Assembly: GCA_963798845.1 (NCBI GenBank)
Contig: CAWCUS010000006.1
Coordinates: 928,001 to 992,000, forward strand
DNA from: an uncultured Gemmatimonadales bacterium
GTDB lineage: Bacteria; Gemmatimonadota; Gemmatimonadetes; Longimicrobiales; RSA9
Direction of reading: 5' to 3'
DNA length: 64,000 nucleotides
The notes beneath the pieces were generated by a model that saw only the letters and a list, made by a program, of their open reading frames with translations, was not told the origin of the DNA and did no database searches. Of the stretch, positions 47,891 through 57,433 are shown in pieces; position 1 is the stretch's first letter; each line of letters opens with the position of its first letter. Both the position numbers and the translations under genes were made by a program.

Positions 47891-48433
47891 TTGACCGAGA
47901 CAAGGCTGGTGGAGCGCGCGCTCGAGGGCGACGAAGCGGCGGCGCGAACGCTCTACGACGAGAACGTGGACCGCGTCTACCGGCTCGCATACCGGATGTC
48001 CGGAGACGAGGACCTGGCGCGGGAGTTCACGCAGGAGTCGTTCGTCCGTGCCTTCCAGCGGCTCCACCAGTTCCGGGGCCAGGCGGCGCTGGGCACCTGG
48101 CTGCACGCGATCACCGTCTCGGTCACGCTGAACGGACTGCGGAAGGTGAAGCGGCACCGGAGCCGGGAAGTGGAGCTGGACGCTGCGGCGCCGGGGCAGA
48201 CCCGGCCCGTGGCGGTGGAGCCGGACCTGAAGCAGCGGCTGCACCAGGCCATAGACGGGCTGCCCGAGATCTACAGGATGGTGTTCGTGATGCACGACGT
48301 GGAAGGCTACACGCACGAGGAGATCGGTGAGACGCTGGACGTCGCGGCCGGGACATCCAAGGCCAGGCTGTTCCGGGCGCGCAGGATCCTGCGCGAAGAG
48401 CTGTCGGAATTCGCCGAGGAGTATGCCGTATGA
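47891..48433 (+). CDS. ECF RNA polymerase sigma factor
   Basis: GDEAAARTLY, AREFTQESFVRAF, FRGQAALGTWL, VEGYTHEEIG and GTSKARLFRAR. Start codon uncertain. Confidence 0.93.
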   Translation: MTETRLVERALEGDEAAARTLYDENVDRVYRLAYRMSGDEDLAREFTQESFVRAFQRLHQFRGQAALGTWLHAITVSVTLNGLRKVKRHRSREVELDAAAPGQTRPVAVEPDLKQRLHQAIDGLPEIYRMVFVMHDVEGYTHEEIGETLDVAAGTSKARLFRARRILREELSEFAEEYAV

Positions 48434-49107
48434 GTGAGCGGGACATGAACCTTGAGCGGCTGCTCGACGACGCCGCGGACTACAACGCGCCGCCCGCGCC
48501 GCCGCGGGAGGAGATGTGGTCGGAGATCCGCCGCCGGGTGTGGGCGGAGGCCGCCGACGGCGAGGCCATCGACCTCGACGCCCGGCGCGAGGCGAAGAAC
48601 CGCCGCTGGAGCCCCCGCCGCTGGACGCCGTGGGCGCTGGGGTTCGCCGCCGCCGCGATGCTGGCGGTGGGGTTCGGTCTGGGGCGGGTGTCCCGACCGG
48701 CGCTGCCCGGCCCGCAGTCCGGGGCCGCCGGCACCACGATAGCGAAGAGGTCCGATTCATCCGGCCCGTCGCTCCCCGTGCGCCTGGCCACGGCCGAGCA
48801 CATGGATGAAGCCGAGGCGCTGCTCACCGTCTACCGGACCGCGCACGACGAGGAAGACAGGGCGGCTACGGCGAAGTGGGCGCGCGACCTTCTCGGCACG
48901 ACTCGCCTGCTGCTGGACTCGCGTGTGGGCAAGGACCCGAAGATGGCGGACCTGCTCTCCGACCTCGAGCTCGTGCTGGTCCAGATCGCGGACGCCGACG
49001 GCTCGGGGAGCGAAGAGCAGAAGCTGATCGCAGACGGGATCGACGACACGCAGCTGCTGGCCAAGCTGCGTTCGGCGAGCTCGCTGAAAAACGAGATGGC
49101 GCTGTGA
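48430..49107 (+). CDS. Putative single-pass anti-sigma factor
   Basis: Coupled to the ECF gene, with PPREEMWSEI, a central TM helix (ALGFAAAAMLAVGFGLG) and a helical extracytoplasmic part. Confidence 0.65.
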   Translation: MSERDMNLERLLDDAADYNAPPAPPREEMWSEIRRRVWAEAADGEAIDLDARREAKNRRWSPRRWTPWALGFAAAAMLAVGFGLGRVSRPALPGPQSGAAGTTIAKRSDSSGPSLPVRLATAEHMDEAEALLTVYRTAHDEEDRAATAKWARDLLGTTRLLLDSRVGKDPKMADLLSDLELVLVQIADADGSGSEEQKLIADGIDDTQLLAKLRSASSLKNEMAL

Positions 49108-49133
49108 TGGCCGGAATACAAAGGAGCTCGACG

Positions 49134-50672
49134 ATGAACCGCATACGTATCATTTCCCTCGCGCTCGTGCTCGTGCCGGCCGCCCTGCACGCGGACCAGG
49201 CCCGGGCGGACCTGATCGGGGGGGACGGCCTCGCGGCGCTGGCCCCGGAGGCGTGGAGCCAGCAGGATCCGGCCGACTCGCTCTACCGGACCGCACGGGA
49301 AGCGATGAACCAGGGGGAGCCCAACCGCGCGGCAACGCTCTTCCACCGGATCTGGAACCAGTTCCCGAAGTCCACCTACGCGCCCGACGCGCCGTACTGG
49401 GAGGCGTTCAACCGCTATCGCACGAGCGAGACGGACGCGCTGCAGCAGGCGCTGGAAGCGCTGGCCATGCAGCGAGAGCGGTTCGCCAAGGCCCCGACGC
49501 GCACGAACGGAGACGCCCAGGCGCTCGAGACGCGCATCCTCGGGATCCTCGCCCGGCGCGGCGACGAGCAGTCGGCGGCCACGGTGGTGGCCGCGGCAAA
49601 CCGTGTGGCCGGCGTGGTCAACGATCCCGAGTTCCAGGCGCGGATGGCGGAGCTGGGCGAGCGCATGGCCGAGCACAGCCGCGTCCTCGCGGACGAGATC
49701 GGCGGCGCCATGAGCGGCGTGGCCGAAGAGGTGGCCTCGGCCATGGGCGGCGTCCACATCCGCGCCGGAGACGACATTCCCGAGCAGTGCCGTGAGCAGG
49801 TGGAGGTGCAGATGTCCGCACTCAACGCGCTGCTGCACATGAATGCCGATCGCGCCATGCCGGTGCTGAAGAAGATCATGGCGCGGCGCGACGAGTGCGC
49901 GCCTCCACTCCGCCGCCGGGCCGTCTTCCTGATCGCGGAGCAGCAGACGCCCACGAGCGTCGACATGCTCCTGGACGCGGCGAAGAACGATCCGGACGTG
50001 GAAGTGCAGAGGCAGGCGGTTTTCTGGCTGTCCGAAGTGGACGACGACCGCGCGGTGGACGCTCTCGCGCAGTTCGTGAAAAGCTCGGCCGACGCCGAGA
50101 CGCGCGAGCGCGCCGTGTTCGCCCTGTCCCAGCATTCGAGCCCGCGCGCGCGCCAGGTGCTCCGCTCCGTGACGCAGGACGCGTCGATGTCGGAGAGCGT
50201 ACGGTCCAAGGCCATCTTCTGGCTCGGCAGCGAGGGGAACGCGGACGACGTGCAGTTCCTGAAGGGGCTGTTCGGGAAGCTGCAGTCGCGCGAGCTGCAG
50301 GAGCGCGTGATCATGGCCGTCGCGCAGGGGGACCACCCGGACGGCGCATGGCTGCTCGCCCTCGGGAGCAATCCGAACGTGGACAGCGAGCTCCGGAGCA
50401 AGGCGATCTTCTGGGCCGCCGAGGCGGGCGTATCCGCCGAAGACCTGGGCGCGCTGTACGGCCGCCTCGAGACCCGTGAGCTGAAGGAGCGCGTGCTGTT
50501 CGCGCTCTCCGAGAGTGACCAGCCGGCGGCCATCGATCGGCTGATCCGGATCGCGCGCACCGAGAAGGACCCCGAGCTCAGGAAGAAGGCGCTCTTCTGG
50601 CTCGGCAACTCCAACGACCCGCGAGCGGCCGACGTGCTCATGGAGATCCTGAGCGGGCCGGGCGGCCAGTGA
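49134..50672 (+). CDS. Exported HEAT-repeat protein with a TPR-like N-terminal segment
   Basis: AAGGAG RBS, signal peptide, DSLYRTAREAM..FPKSTYAPDAPYW and repeated RxxAxFWL units. Confidence 0.82.
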   Translation: MNRIRIISLALVLVPAALHADQARADLIGGDGLAALAPEAWSQQDPADSLYRTAREAMNQGEPNRAATLFHRIWNQFPKSTYAPDAPYWEAFNRYRTSETDALQQALEALAMQRERFAKAPTRTNGDAQALETRILGILARRGDEQSAATVVAAANRVAGVVNDPEFQARMAELGERMAEHSRVLADEIGGAMSGVAEEVASAMGGVHIRAGDDIPEQCREQVEVQMSALNALLHMNADRAMPVLKKIMARRDECAPPLRRRAVFLIAEQQTPTSVDMLLDAAKNDPDVEVQRQAVFWLSEVDDDRAVDALAQFVKSSADAETRERAVFALSQHSSPRARQVLRSVTQDASMSESVRSKAIFWLGSEGNADDVQFLKGLFGKLQSRELQERVIMAVAQGDHPDGAWLLALGSNPNVDSELRSKAIFWAAEAGVSAEDLGALYGRLETRELKERVLFALSESDQPAAIDRLIRIARTEKDPELRKKALFWLGNSNDPRAADVLMEILSGPGGQ

Positions 50673-51595
50673 GGCTCACGCTGCGACGAGCCGCCGGTCC
50701 GTTCCCGAACGGGGCGGCGGCCGCCTCTTCGTCCCCCCCGGCCGCCACGATCCGCCTCGCCGCTCCCGGGGCGCTCGTGCTGTGTGCGGGTGCGATCGCC
50801 ACGGCGCCACTGGCCGCACCCGTCGCCGCCCAGCGACTCGGCGACGCGCTCCGTCGCACCCCTGCTCCCCTCGTCCAATTCTCGTTCCCCGCCCGCCCGA
50901 ACGTCTGTGGCGCCGGCGCCGCGATCCTCATCCGCGAGCCGGATGGGGGCGTCACCTTCGTCAACCACGACGGGAAGGGCCGGGGCGGCTGGCGCGACGG
51001 CGAGCCGCCTTGCGAGACGGGAGACGTCGTCATCCGGGTGGAGCGCGACCGGGACCGGGGCATCGTTTCGGCCGCGGTGCGCGTGGGCTCGAGGGCGGAT
51101 GCCGCAGCCGATCCCGTGTCGGGGCTGGCCGTGGACCTGGGCGCGTTCCAGGGTCAGGAAGCTGCCGACGCGCTCCTTGAGCTCGCCGCCTCCGCGCCTC
51201 GTCGCTCCGCCGGGCAGCTGATCTTCGCAGCAGGCCTGGCCGACGCTGCCACCACGTGGCCGGCCCTCCTCCGTCTCGCCCGCGACCGCACGCTCGCGAG
51301 CGGCACGCGCCGCGACGCCCTCTTCTGGCTCGCCCGCCAGGTGGAGGAGCACGTGGCGGACGCCATCGGCGGGATCGCCCGTGACCGGACCGAGGCGGAC
51401 GAGGTCCGCGCGGCAGCGGTTTTCGCGCTTTCGCAGCTGCCGGAGGAGCAGGCGGTGCCACGGCTGCTGGATCTCGGCCGCAGCTCCACCGACCCCCTGG
51501 TGCGCGGCAAGGCGCTCTTCTGGCTCGCCCAGTTCGACGATCCGCGCGTCACGGACGCCTTCGAGGAGATCCTCGCCGGCGGCGGGAACCCGTAA
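50669..51595 (+). CDS. Exported HEAT-repeat protein
   Basis: Signal-like segment ending VAAQ, two Cys in the N-domain, RRDALFWL, RAAAVFALSQL and RGKALFWL. Confidence 0.78.
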   Translation: MRLTLRRAAGPFPNGAAAASSSPPAATIRLAAPGALVLCAGAIATAPLAAPVAAQRLGDALRRTPAPLVQFSFPARPNVCGAGAAILIREPDGGVTFVNHDGKGRGGWRDGEPPCETGDVVIRVERDRDRGIVSAAVRVGSRADAAADPVSGLAVDLGAFQGQEAADALLELAASAPRRSAGQLIFAAGLADAATTWPALLRLARDRTLASGTRRDALFWLARQVEEHVADAIGGIARDRTEADEVRAAAVFALSQLPEEQAVPRLLDLGRSSTDPLVRGKALFWLAQFDDPRVTDAFEEILAGGGNP

Positions 51596-51827
51596 CGCGG
51601 CATCACTGCGCCGCGGCGCCCTCGCTCGCGGACGCCCGCGCGGTCTGCACTTCCGCCCGCACCACCACGATGAGCGCGCCCGCGAATCCCGGCGCCTCCG
51701 CCTTTCCCGGGACCACGGCCTGCCCTGTGGGAGCTCGTCAAGCTCCGTGCGGCTCACCCGGGGCTCCGCTTGGGAAAGGGCAGTGGTTGCGCTCACGTCC
51801 GTGGGACGGACGCGGGACGACGAGCGT

Positions 51828-53492
51828 TTACCCCGCGTCCGGCCGCGGGTCCGCGGCTCCGGAAGCGTCGGCGTCGGGCGGAGCACCCCAGCCGCCTCCA
51901 CCCGGGCTGCGCAGGCTGATGATGTCCCCCGCGCGGACGGAGAACGTCGCCTTCGCCGGCAGCTCCGTCTCCTGGCCGTCCCGGATCAGCACGTTCCGGC
52001 CCCGCGCGCCATCCCCGCCGCCCGCCGCCCCGCGAGGCGCGGATCGCCGCCGCTCGGTCAGCAGGCTGACGTCGCAATCGGCCAGGAGCTGGAGGTCGCG
52101 ACGGAGCCCGTCGCCGCCCGGATGACGCCCCGCGCCCCCCGTCGCCCGGCGCAGCGCGTAGTGCCGGATCCGGAAGGGATAGGCGTGCTCCAGCGCCTCC
52201 ACCGGCGTGTTGAGCGAGTTGCTCATGTGCACGTGCACGCCCGAGAGACCCGGCCCGTCCGCGCCGCCGCCCATGCCGCCGCCCATGGTCTCGTAATACG
52301 CGAACGCCTCACCGCTGCGCGGATCGACTCCGCCCACCGCCAGGTTGTTCATCGTCCCCTGCGAGCCCGCCACGCCAATGCCGGGAACCGCCCGCGACAG
52401 CGCGGCCAGCAGCACGTCCGTGATCCGCTGCGACGTCTCCACGTTTCCGCCCGCCACGCTCGCCGGGACGCGTGCGGCGACGAGGCTCCCGGGCGGCATG
52501 TCGATCCGCACGGCATCCATCGCCCCGCCGCCCGCCGGGAGCGGCTGGCCGAGCAGCCGTTCCACCACCACGCGCACCGCGTAGCGCGTGGCGGATGCCG
52601 TGATCGCCTCCACGGCGTTGATCCCCCCCCTCGCCTGCGGCGCCGTGCCCGCGAAGTCCACGCGCACCTCCTCGCCGGACACGATGACACGGGCCCGGAT
52701 CGGCAGCGGCGCGTCGTCGACGCCGTCATCCTCCATGGCGTCCTCGGCCTCGTACGTGCCGTCGGGAATGCGGGCGATGCCGGCACGCACCAGCCGGTCG
52801 GCGTAGCGCAGCAGCCCGGCCATGGCGGCGCGCACTTCCTCCTCCCCGCGGCGCTCGACGAGCTCCAGCAGGCGGCGTTCCCCGGCCACCAGCGCAGCGA
52901 GCTGCGCGTCCAGGTCCCCCTCCCGCTCGCCGGGCGTCCGCACGTTCGCGAGGATCAGGCGCCAGACGTCCTCCTGCCGCCGCCCGCCCGTCACCAGCCG
53001 CACCGACGGAATCCGCAGGCCCTCCTGATAGATCTCGCGCGCGAGCGGCATCGAGCCGGCGGCCATCCCGCCCACGTCCGCGTGGTGCGCTCTCGCCGCG
53101 ACGTATCCCAGAGCACGCGCTCCGGCCGTCGGCGGCTCCGGCGCCGGAAGGTAGACGGGGGCGATGAGCGTGATGTCCGGCAGGTGCGTCCCCCCCCGGA
53201 ACGGGTCGTTCAGCGCCACCACGTCTCCCGGAACCAGCGGCCCCAGCTCGGCCACTGCCGCTGCCACGCTCATGGGCATCGCTCCGAGATGGACCGGCAT
53301 GTGGTCGCCCAGCGCCACCGCTCGCGCGTGCGCATCGAAGAGCGCGCACGAATAGTCGCGTCGCTCCTTGATGTTGGGCGAATACGCCGATCGGCGCAGC
53401 GTGGCGCCCATCTCCTCGGCCAGCGCGGTCAGGAGGTGGCGGTAGATCTCGAGGCGAATCGGATCTTCCATCACCCCCGGGGTTTCCATCAT
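51828..53492 (-). CDS. Hydantoinase B / 5-oxoprolinase family protein
   Basis: SAYSPNIKERRDYSCALF, PVHLGAM, NDPFRGGTHLPD, HHADVGG and NTPVEALE. GGAGG 7 nt before the start. Confidence 0.93.
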   Translation of the reverse strand: MMETPGVMEDPIRLEIYRHLLTALAEEMGATLRRSAYSPNIKERRDYSCALFDAHARAVALGDHMPVHLGAMPMSVAAAVAELGPLVPGDVVALNDPFRGGTHLPDITLIAPVYLPAPEPPTAGARALGYVAARAHHADVGGMAAGSMPLAREIYQEGLRIPSVRLVTGGRRQEDVWRLILANVRTPGEREGDLDAQLAALVAGERRLLELVERRGEEEVRAAMAGLLRYADRLVRAGIARIPDGTYEAEDAMEDDGVDDAPLPIRARVIVSGEEVRVDFAGTAPQARGGINAVEAITASATRYAVRVVVERLLGQPLPAGGGAMDAVRIDMPPGSLVAARVPASVAGGNVETSQRITDVLLAALSRAVPGIGVAGSQGTMNNLAVGGVDPRSGEAFAYYETMGGGMGGGADGPGLSGVHVHMSNSLNTPVEALEHAYPFRIRHYALRRATGGAGRHPGGDGLRRDLQLLADCDVSLLTERRRSAPRGAAGGGDGARGRNVLIRDGQETELPAKATFSVRAGDIISLRSPGGGGWGAPPDADASGAADPRPDAG

Positions 53493-53596
53493 CCGGACGC
53501 CTCCCTACATTCCGGTTCTGGCACCAATCTTCCCGTCAAGTGTACGCTCGTCGGGCGAGAGATCTCGACTTTGGAATAGAAGATACGGAGGTTCAT

Positions 53597-53872
53597 TTGG
53601 CCAAGCACGAACGTACGGTTCTGGACAGGGCTCGCGACGAGCTTTTCAGTCATATCAACCGCTGCGGCGTCCTCGACGCCAGCGACGACCAGCAGCGGGA
53701 GTGGCTTGACGACACGATGAAGTTCCTCGAGGAGCGCTACCCGCAGCTCAACAACGCCGAGCTGAAGCAGCTCGAGGAGCTCGGAATGCGGTATTGCATG
53801 CCGGTGATCCGCCACGGCAAGGCTCACACGGCCTCGTCCGAGTGGCAGGAGACGGAGACGAGCGCGGCCTAG
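53597..53872 (+). CDS. Small helical hypothetical protein (91 aa)
   Basis: GGAGG before TTG, coding-like composition (LDRARDELFSHINRCGV...) and its own terminator. Confidence 0.75.
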   Translation: MAKHERTVLDRARDELFSHINRCGVLDASDDQQREWLDDTMKFLEERYPQLNNAELKQLEELGMRYCMPVIRHGKAHTASSEWQETETSAA

Positions 53873-53895
53873 CTGAAAGCGGCTGGAGATCGGGG

Positions 53896-53925
53896 GCGCC
53901 GGCACTCCAGGGTGTCGGCGCTTTT
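53896..53925 (+). terminator. Intrinsic terminator
   Basis: GCGCCGGCACT-CCAG-GGTGTCGGCGC followed by TTTT. Confidence 0.75.
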
Positions 53926-54046
53926 GCATTACCTTGAACGCAGTGCCTCCCGGTCACCGGCGCACCCCGCCTGACGATCCGGCCAGAAGATTCGCCGAGC
54001 GCTGCCGACGCTGAAGGCAGGTCCATTTTGCCGCGAGTGGTACGAC

Positions 54047-55087
54047 ATGGGGACGTACGAGGGCATGTCCGACCTGTCCAATGGCGTGGTCCGGGCGCTG
54101 GTCGTGGATGACCAGCCCGCAGTGGTGAGGACGGTCGTGCGCTGGCTCGAGGGGGAGGGTATCGAGTGCGTGGGCGCGTACTCGGGGGAGCAGGCCCTGT
54201 CCCTGTTCGAGCCCGGACGCTACGGGCTCGTGCTCACGGACATCCACATGCCCGGCGGATCGGGACTCGAGCTGGCCGGCACCATCCGGTCGATGGACCC
54301 GCTCGTTCAGGTCATCATCATGACCGGGAACACGGGTGTGGAGACGGCCGTCGAGGCACTGCGTCTCCACGCCGACGACTATCTCGTGAAGCCTTTTCAG
54401 TCCGCCGGCCTGCTCCACGCCACCCGCAGGGCCGTGGAGCATCGTAACCTGCTGCTCGAGAATCGGCGCTACCGCAATCACCTGGAAGACCAGGTCCGGC
54501 TGCAGACGCACCGCATCGAACGGCTGTACCTCTCCAGCATCCACGCCCTCGTGCGGGCGCTCGAGGCAAAAGACGCTCACACCCGCGGTCACTCGGACCG
54601 GGTGACGGATTACGCCCTCCTCATCCAGCAGGAGGTGGGCGGCGTTGACCCGGAGTCGCTGCGTGTCGGCGCCCAGCTCCACGACATCGGCAAGATCGGG
54701 ATTCGCGGGGAGATCCTGCGGAAGGAGGGGCCGCTGGACGGGCTGGAGCTGGGGCACGTGCGCGATCACCCACGCATCGGCGTCGAGATCCTCTCGCCGC
54801 TCCTCGACGACCCGGTGGCGCTCGGCGTGGTCCGGCACCACCACGAGCGCTGGGACGGACGCGGCTACCCCGACGGCCTGGCCGGCGAGAACATCCCGGT
54901 GGGCGCCCGGATCGTCGCCATCGCCGACAGCTTCGACGCCATGACTTCTTTGCGGCCCTATCGCCCCGCCCTGTCCGCGGTCGCCGCCATCGCCGAGCTG
55001 AACCGCGAAGCCGGACGCCAGTTCGACCCGACCCTCGTCCCCCTGGCCAGCCGCGCGCTCGCCGCACCCCTTGCGGCGCTCGCCTAG
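54047..55087 (+). CDS. REC + HD-GYP cyclic-dinucleotide phosphodiesterase (RpfG-like)
   Basis: Receiver domain, EAKDAHTRGHSDRV, LHDIGK, HHHERWDGRGYP and ADSFDAMTSLRPYR. Confidence 0.93.
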   Translation: MGTYEGMSDLSNGVVRALVVDDQPAVVRTVVRWLEGEGIECVGAYSGEQALSLFEPGRYGLVLTDIHMPGGSGLELAGTIRSMDPLVQVIIMTGNTGVETAVEALRLHADDYLVKPFQSAGLLHATRRAVEHRNLLLENRRYRNHLEDQVRLQTHRIERLYLSSIHALVRALEAKDAHTRGHSDRVTDYALLIQQEVGGVDPESLRVGAQLHDIGKIGIRGEILRKEGPLDGLELGHVRDHPRIGVEILSPLLDDPVALGVVRHHHERWDGRGYPDGLAGENIPVGARIVAIADSFDAMTSLRPYRPALSAVAAIAELNREAGRQFDPTLVPLASRALAAPLAALA

Positions 55088-55350
55088 AACGCCGAGGCTC
55101 GGTGCGGTGTAGTCTTCGCCGTTGTCTCCTCCCGGAGACATGCGCGGAGATCGAAACGCCCATGCCGCCATCCGGCACGCCCTCGACACCCTCCACGCCG
55201 GCGGCGACCGTGGTGGAGCTGCTTCGCCCCGGCCGCGAGCGCGACGGGGCGCACCGCTTCGGGCGTTGACCGAGGGGGAGGGTGGCTCGGCACTTGCCGC
55301 GCGCTCGTGCGTATCAGGTCGGGAGGCGCGGGTCGCAGCCAGGAGCGGGA

Positions 55351-57270
55351 ATGCCGTACAGGAGCGGGGGACATCACCAGACGCCCCGGTGGGCGAGAGA
55401 GCGACGCGCAGTGTGGGCTCGCGTCGCCGTCAGCATCGTCATCCTCGGCCTGATCTACTCCCTGGTTCGACTCCAGGTGCTGCGCGCCGAGGAGTTCAAG
55501 ACGCAGGCGAGGCAGAACATGCTGCGCCCCGTGACCGTGCGCGCTCCCCGGGGCACCATCTACGATCGACACGGCCGGGTCGTCGCCGAGAACCGCGTGG
55601 CCTACCAGGTGCAGATCATGCCCGCGCCGATGGACTCGCTCCGCGCTCAGGTGGAGCGACTCCGATCCGTGCTGGACCTGACCGACGGGGACGTCGAGAC
55701 GGCGTTCAAGCGGTTTCACGCTTCGCCCAACCGTCCGTTCGTCGTCCTCTCCGACGCCAATCCCGACCAGGTGGCACGGCTGGAGGAGCGGCGGATGGAG
55801 TTCCCGGACGTCCTGATCCACGAATACCCGAAGCGCTTCTACCCGGCGGGGGCGGCGGTGGCGCACCTCATCGGCTACGTGGCCGAGATCAGCAGGTCCG
55901 AGCTCGAACGGCCGGAGTTCGCCCACTACCGGCAGGGTCGCTGGATCGGCAAGGCCGGCCTCGAGCGGGAGTACGAGGGCGCGCTGGGAGGCGAGCCGGG
56001 GCTGCGCTACATGGAAGTGGACGCCCGCGGCCGCATCAAGCGCTGGCTCCCCGAAAGCGCGGGCGTGCCCTCCATCCCCGGGCTGGACCTGCACCTCTAT
56101 CTGGACCTCGACCTCCAGCGCTACGGCGCGTTCCTGCTCCAGGAGACCGCGCGCGAGCTGGGGATGGAAAAGGCGCAGGGGGCGTTCGTCGCCATGGACC
56201 CGCGCACCGGCGGCGTCCTGGCCTACTACAGCAATCCGTCGTACGACCCCAACCTCTTCACGGGCGGAATACCCGCGAAGATCTGGACCGCGCTGCGCGA
56301 CGACCCCACGAAGCCGCTGCTCGACCGCGCGGGCGGGGCCGCCCAGCCGCCGGGCTCCACTTTCAAGATGGAAGTGGCAGCCATGGCGCTGGAAGCGGGG
56401 GCGATCACCCCCGACTGGGTCTGCCCCATCCCCTGCACGGGCGGGATGACGTACCAGGGACGGTACGCCCGGTGCTGGACCAACCACGGCCAGCGATTCG
56501 ACCTCATCGGCGGGATCAAGAACTCCTGCGACGTCTACTTCTATCAGGTCGGGATCGCGCTCGGGCTCACGGAGTTCATGAAGCACGGAAGCGCCCTCGG
56601 CTTCGCGGAGAAGACCGGCGTGGATCTGCCGTCCGAGATCGCGCCCATCTTCCCGAAGAGCGCCAAGTGGTTCGAGGACCGGTTCGGGTATGAGCCCCAG
56701 CCGCCCGAGGTCATGTCTCTCTCCATCGGCCAGGGGGCGGTCACGCTCACCCCGCTCAAGCTGGTCCAGATGGTCAGCGGCCTCGCCCGCCCCGATGGAC
56801 GCATGCCCGTCCCTCGCCTCGTACAGACCGACGAGCCGCCGCAATTCCTCCACCAGTTCGGCCTCTCCAGGGAGGACATCGACGGTATCCGGAAGGGGAT
56901 GCGCCGCGTGCTGGCGCCGGGAGGCACTGCCTATCTCAGCCGCGTCGCGCACTGGGACATCTTCGGCAAGACAGGCACCGCACAGAACCCGCACGGCGCC
57001 GACCACGCCTGGTTCGTCGGCGTCGGCGCCGTCCCGGGGAAGGAGCCGGAGATCGTGGCCGCCATGCTCATCTACAACGGCCAGCATGGGACCACCGCGT
57101 CGGGGCCCCTGATGAACGCCATCAACTTCTACCTCGACCGGCGCCACGGCCTCCCCTTCGAGCGCTTCCCAACGCCGCGCGAACGCCTGGCGCACGGGAT
57201 GTCCGTGGACTGGGGTGAGACGACGGCTCCGGTCCAGGACTACCCGGTCAACGACTACGGCGACAACTGA
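55351..57270 (+). CDS. mrdA: Penicillin-binding protein 2 (class B)
   Basis: N-terminal TM, APRGTIYDR, RFYP, GKAGLEREYE, PGSTFK (SxxK), SCDVYFY and KTGTAQ. Confidence 0.9.
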   Translation: MPYRSGGHHQTPRWARERRAVWARVAVSIVILGLIYSLVRLQVLRAEEFKTQARQNMLRPVTVRAPRGTIYDRHGRVVAENRVAYQVQIMPAPMDSLRAQVERLRSVLDLTDGDVETAFKRFHASPNRPFVVLSDANPDQVARLEERRMEFPDVLIHEYPKRFYPAGAAVAHLIGYVAEISRSELERPEFAHYRQGRWIGKAGLEREYEGALGGEPGLRYMEVDARGRIKRWLPESAGVPSIPGLDLHLYLDLDLQRYGAFLLQETARELGMEKAQGAFVAMDPRTGGVLAYYSNPSYDPNLFTGGIPAKIWTALRDDPTKPLLDRAGGAAQPPGSTFKMEVAAMALEAGAITPDWVCPIPCTGGMTYQGRYARCWTNHGQRFDLIGGIKNSCDVYFYQVGIALGLTEFMKHGSALGFAEKTGVDLPSEIAPIFPKSAKWFEDRFGYEPQPPEVMSLSIGQGAVTLTPLKLVQMVSGLARPDGRMPVPRLVQTDEPPQFLHQFGLSREDIDGIRKGMRRVLAPGGTAYLSRVAHWDIFGKTGTAQNPHGADHAWFVGVGAVPGKEPEIVAAMLIYNGQHGTTASGPLMNAINFYLDRRHGLPFERFPTPRERLAHGMSVDWGETTAPVQDYPVNDYGDN

Positions 57271-57433
57271 GCGGCGCCCTCCCGGGCCTCTCCTCTGCCG
57301 CCTCCGCCGGGGCTCCTGAAAACGCGGCTCATCAGGGTAGCACCCGATGTCGGGATCGTTTACATTCAAATGACCGCCGCGGCGGTCCTTCCAAAATAGC
57401 CCAGCCAGACAACCGGAACCGGAGGCGCCGCTT

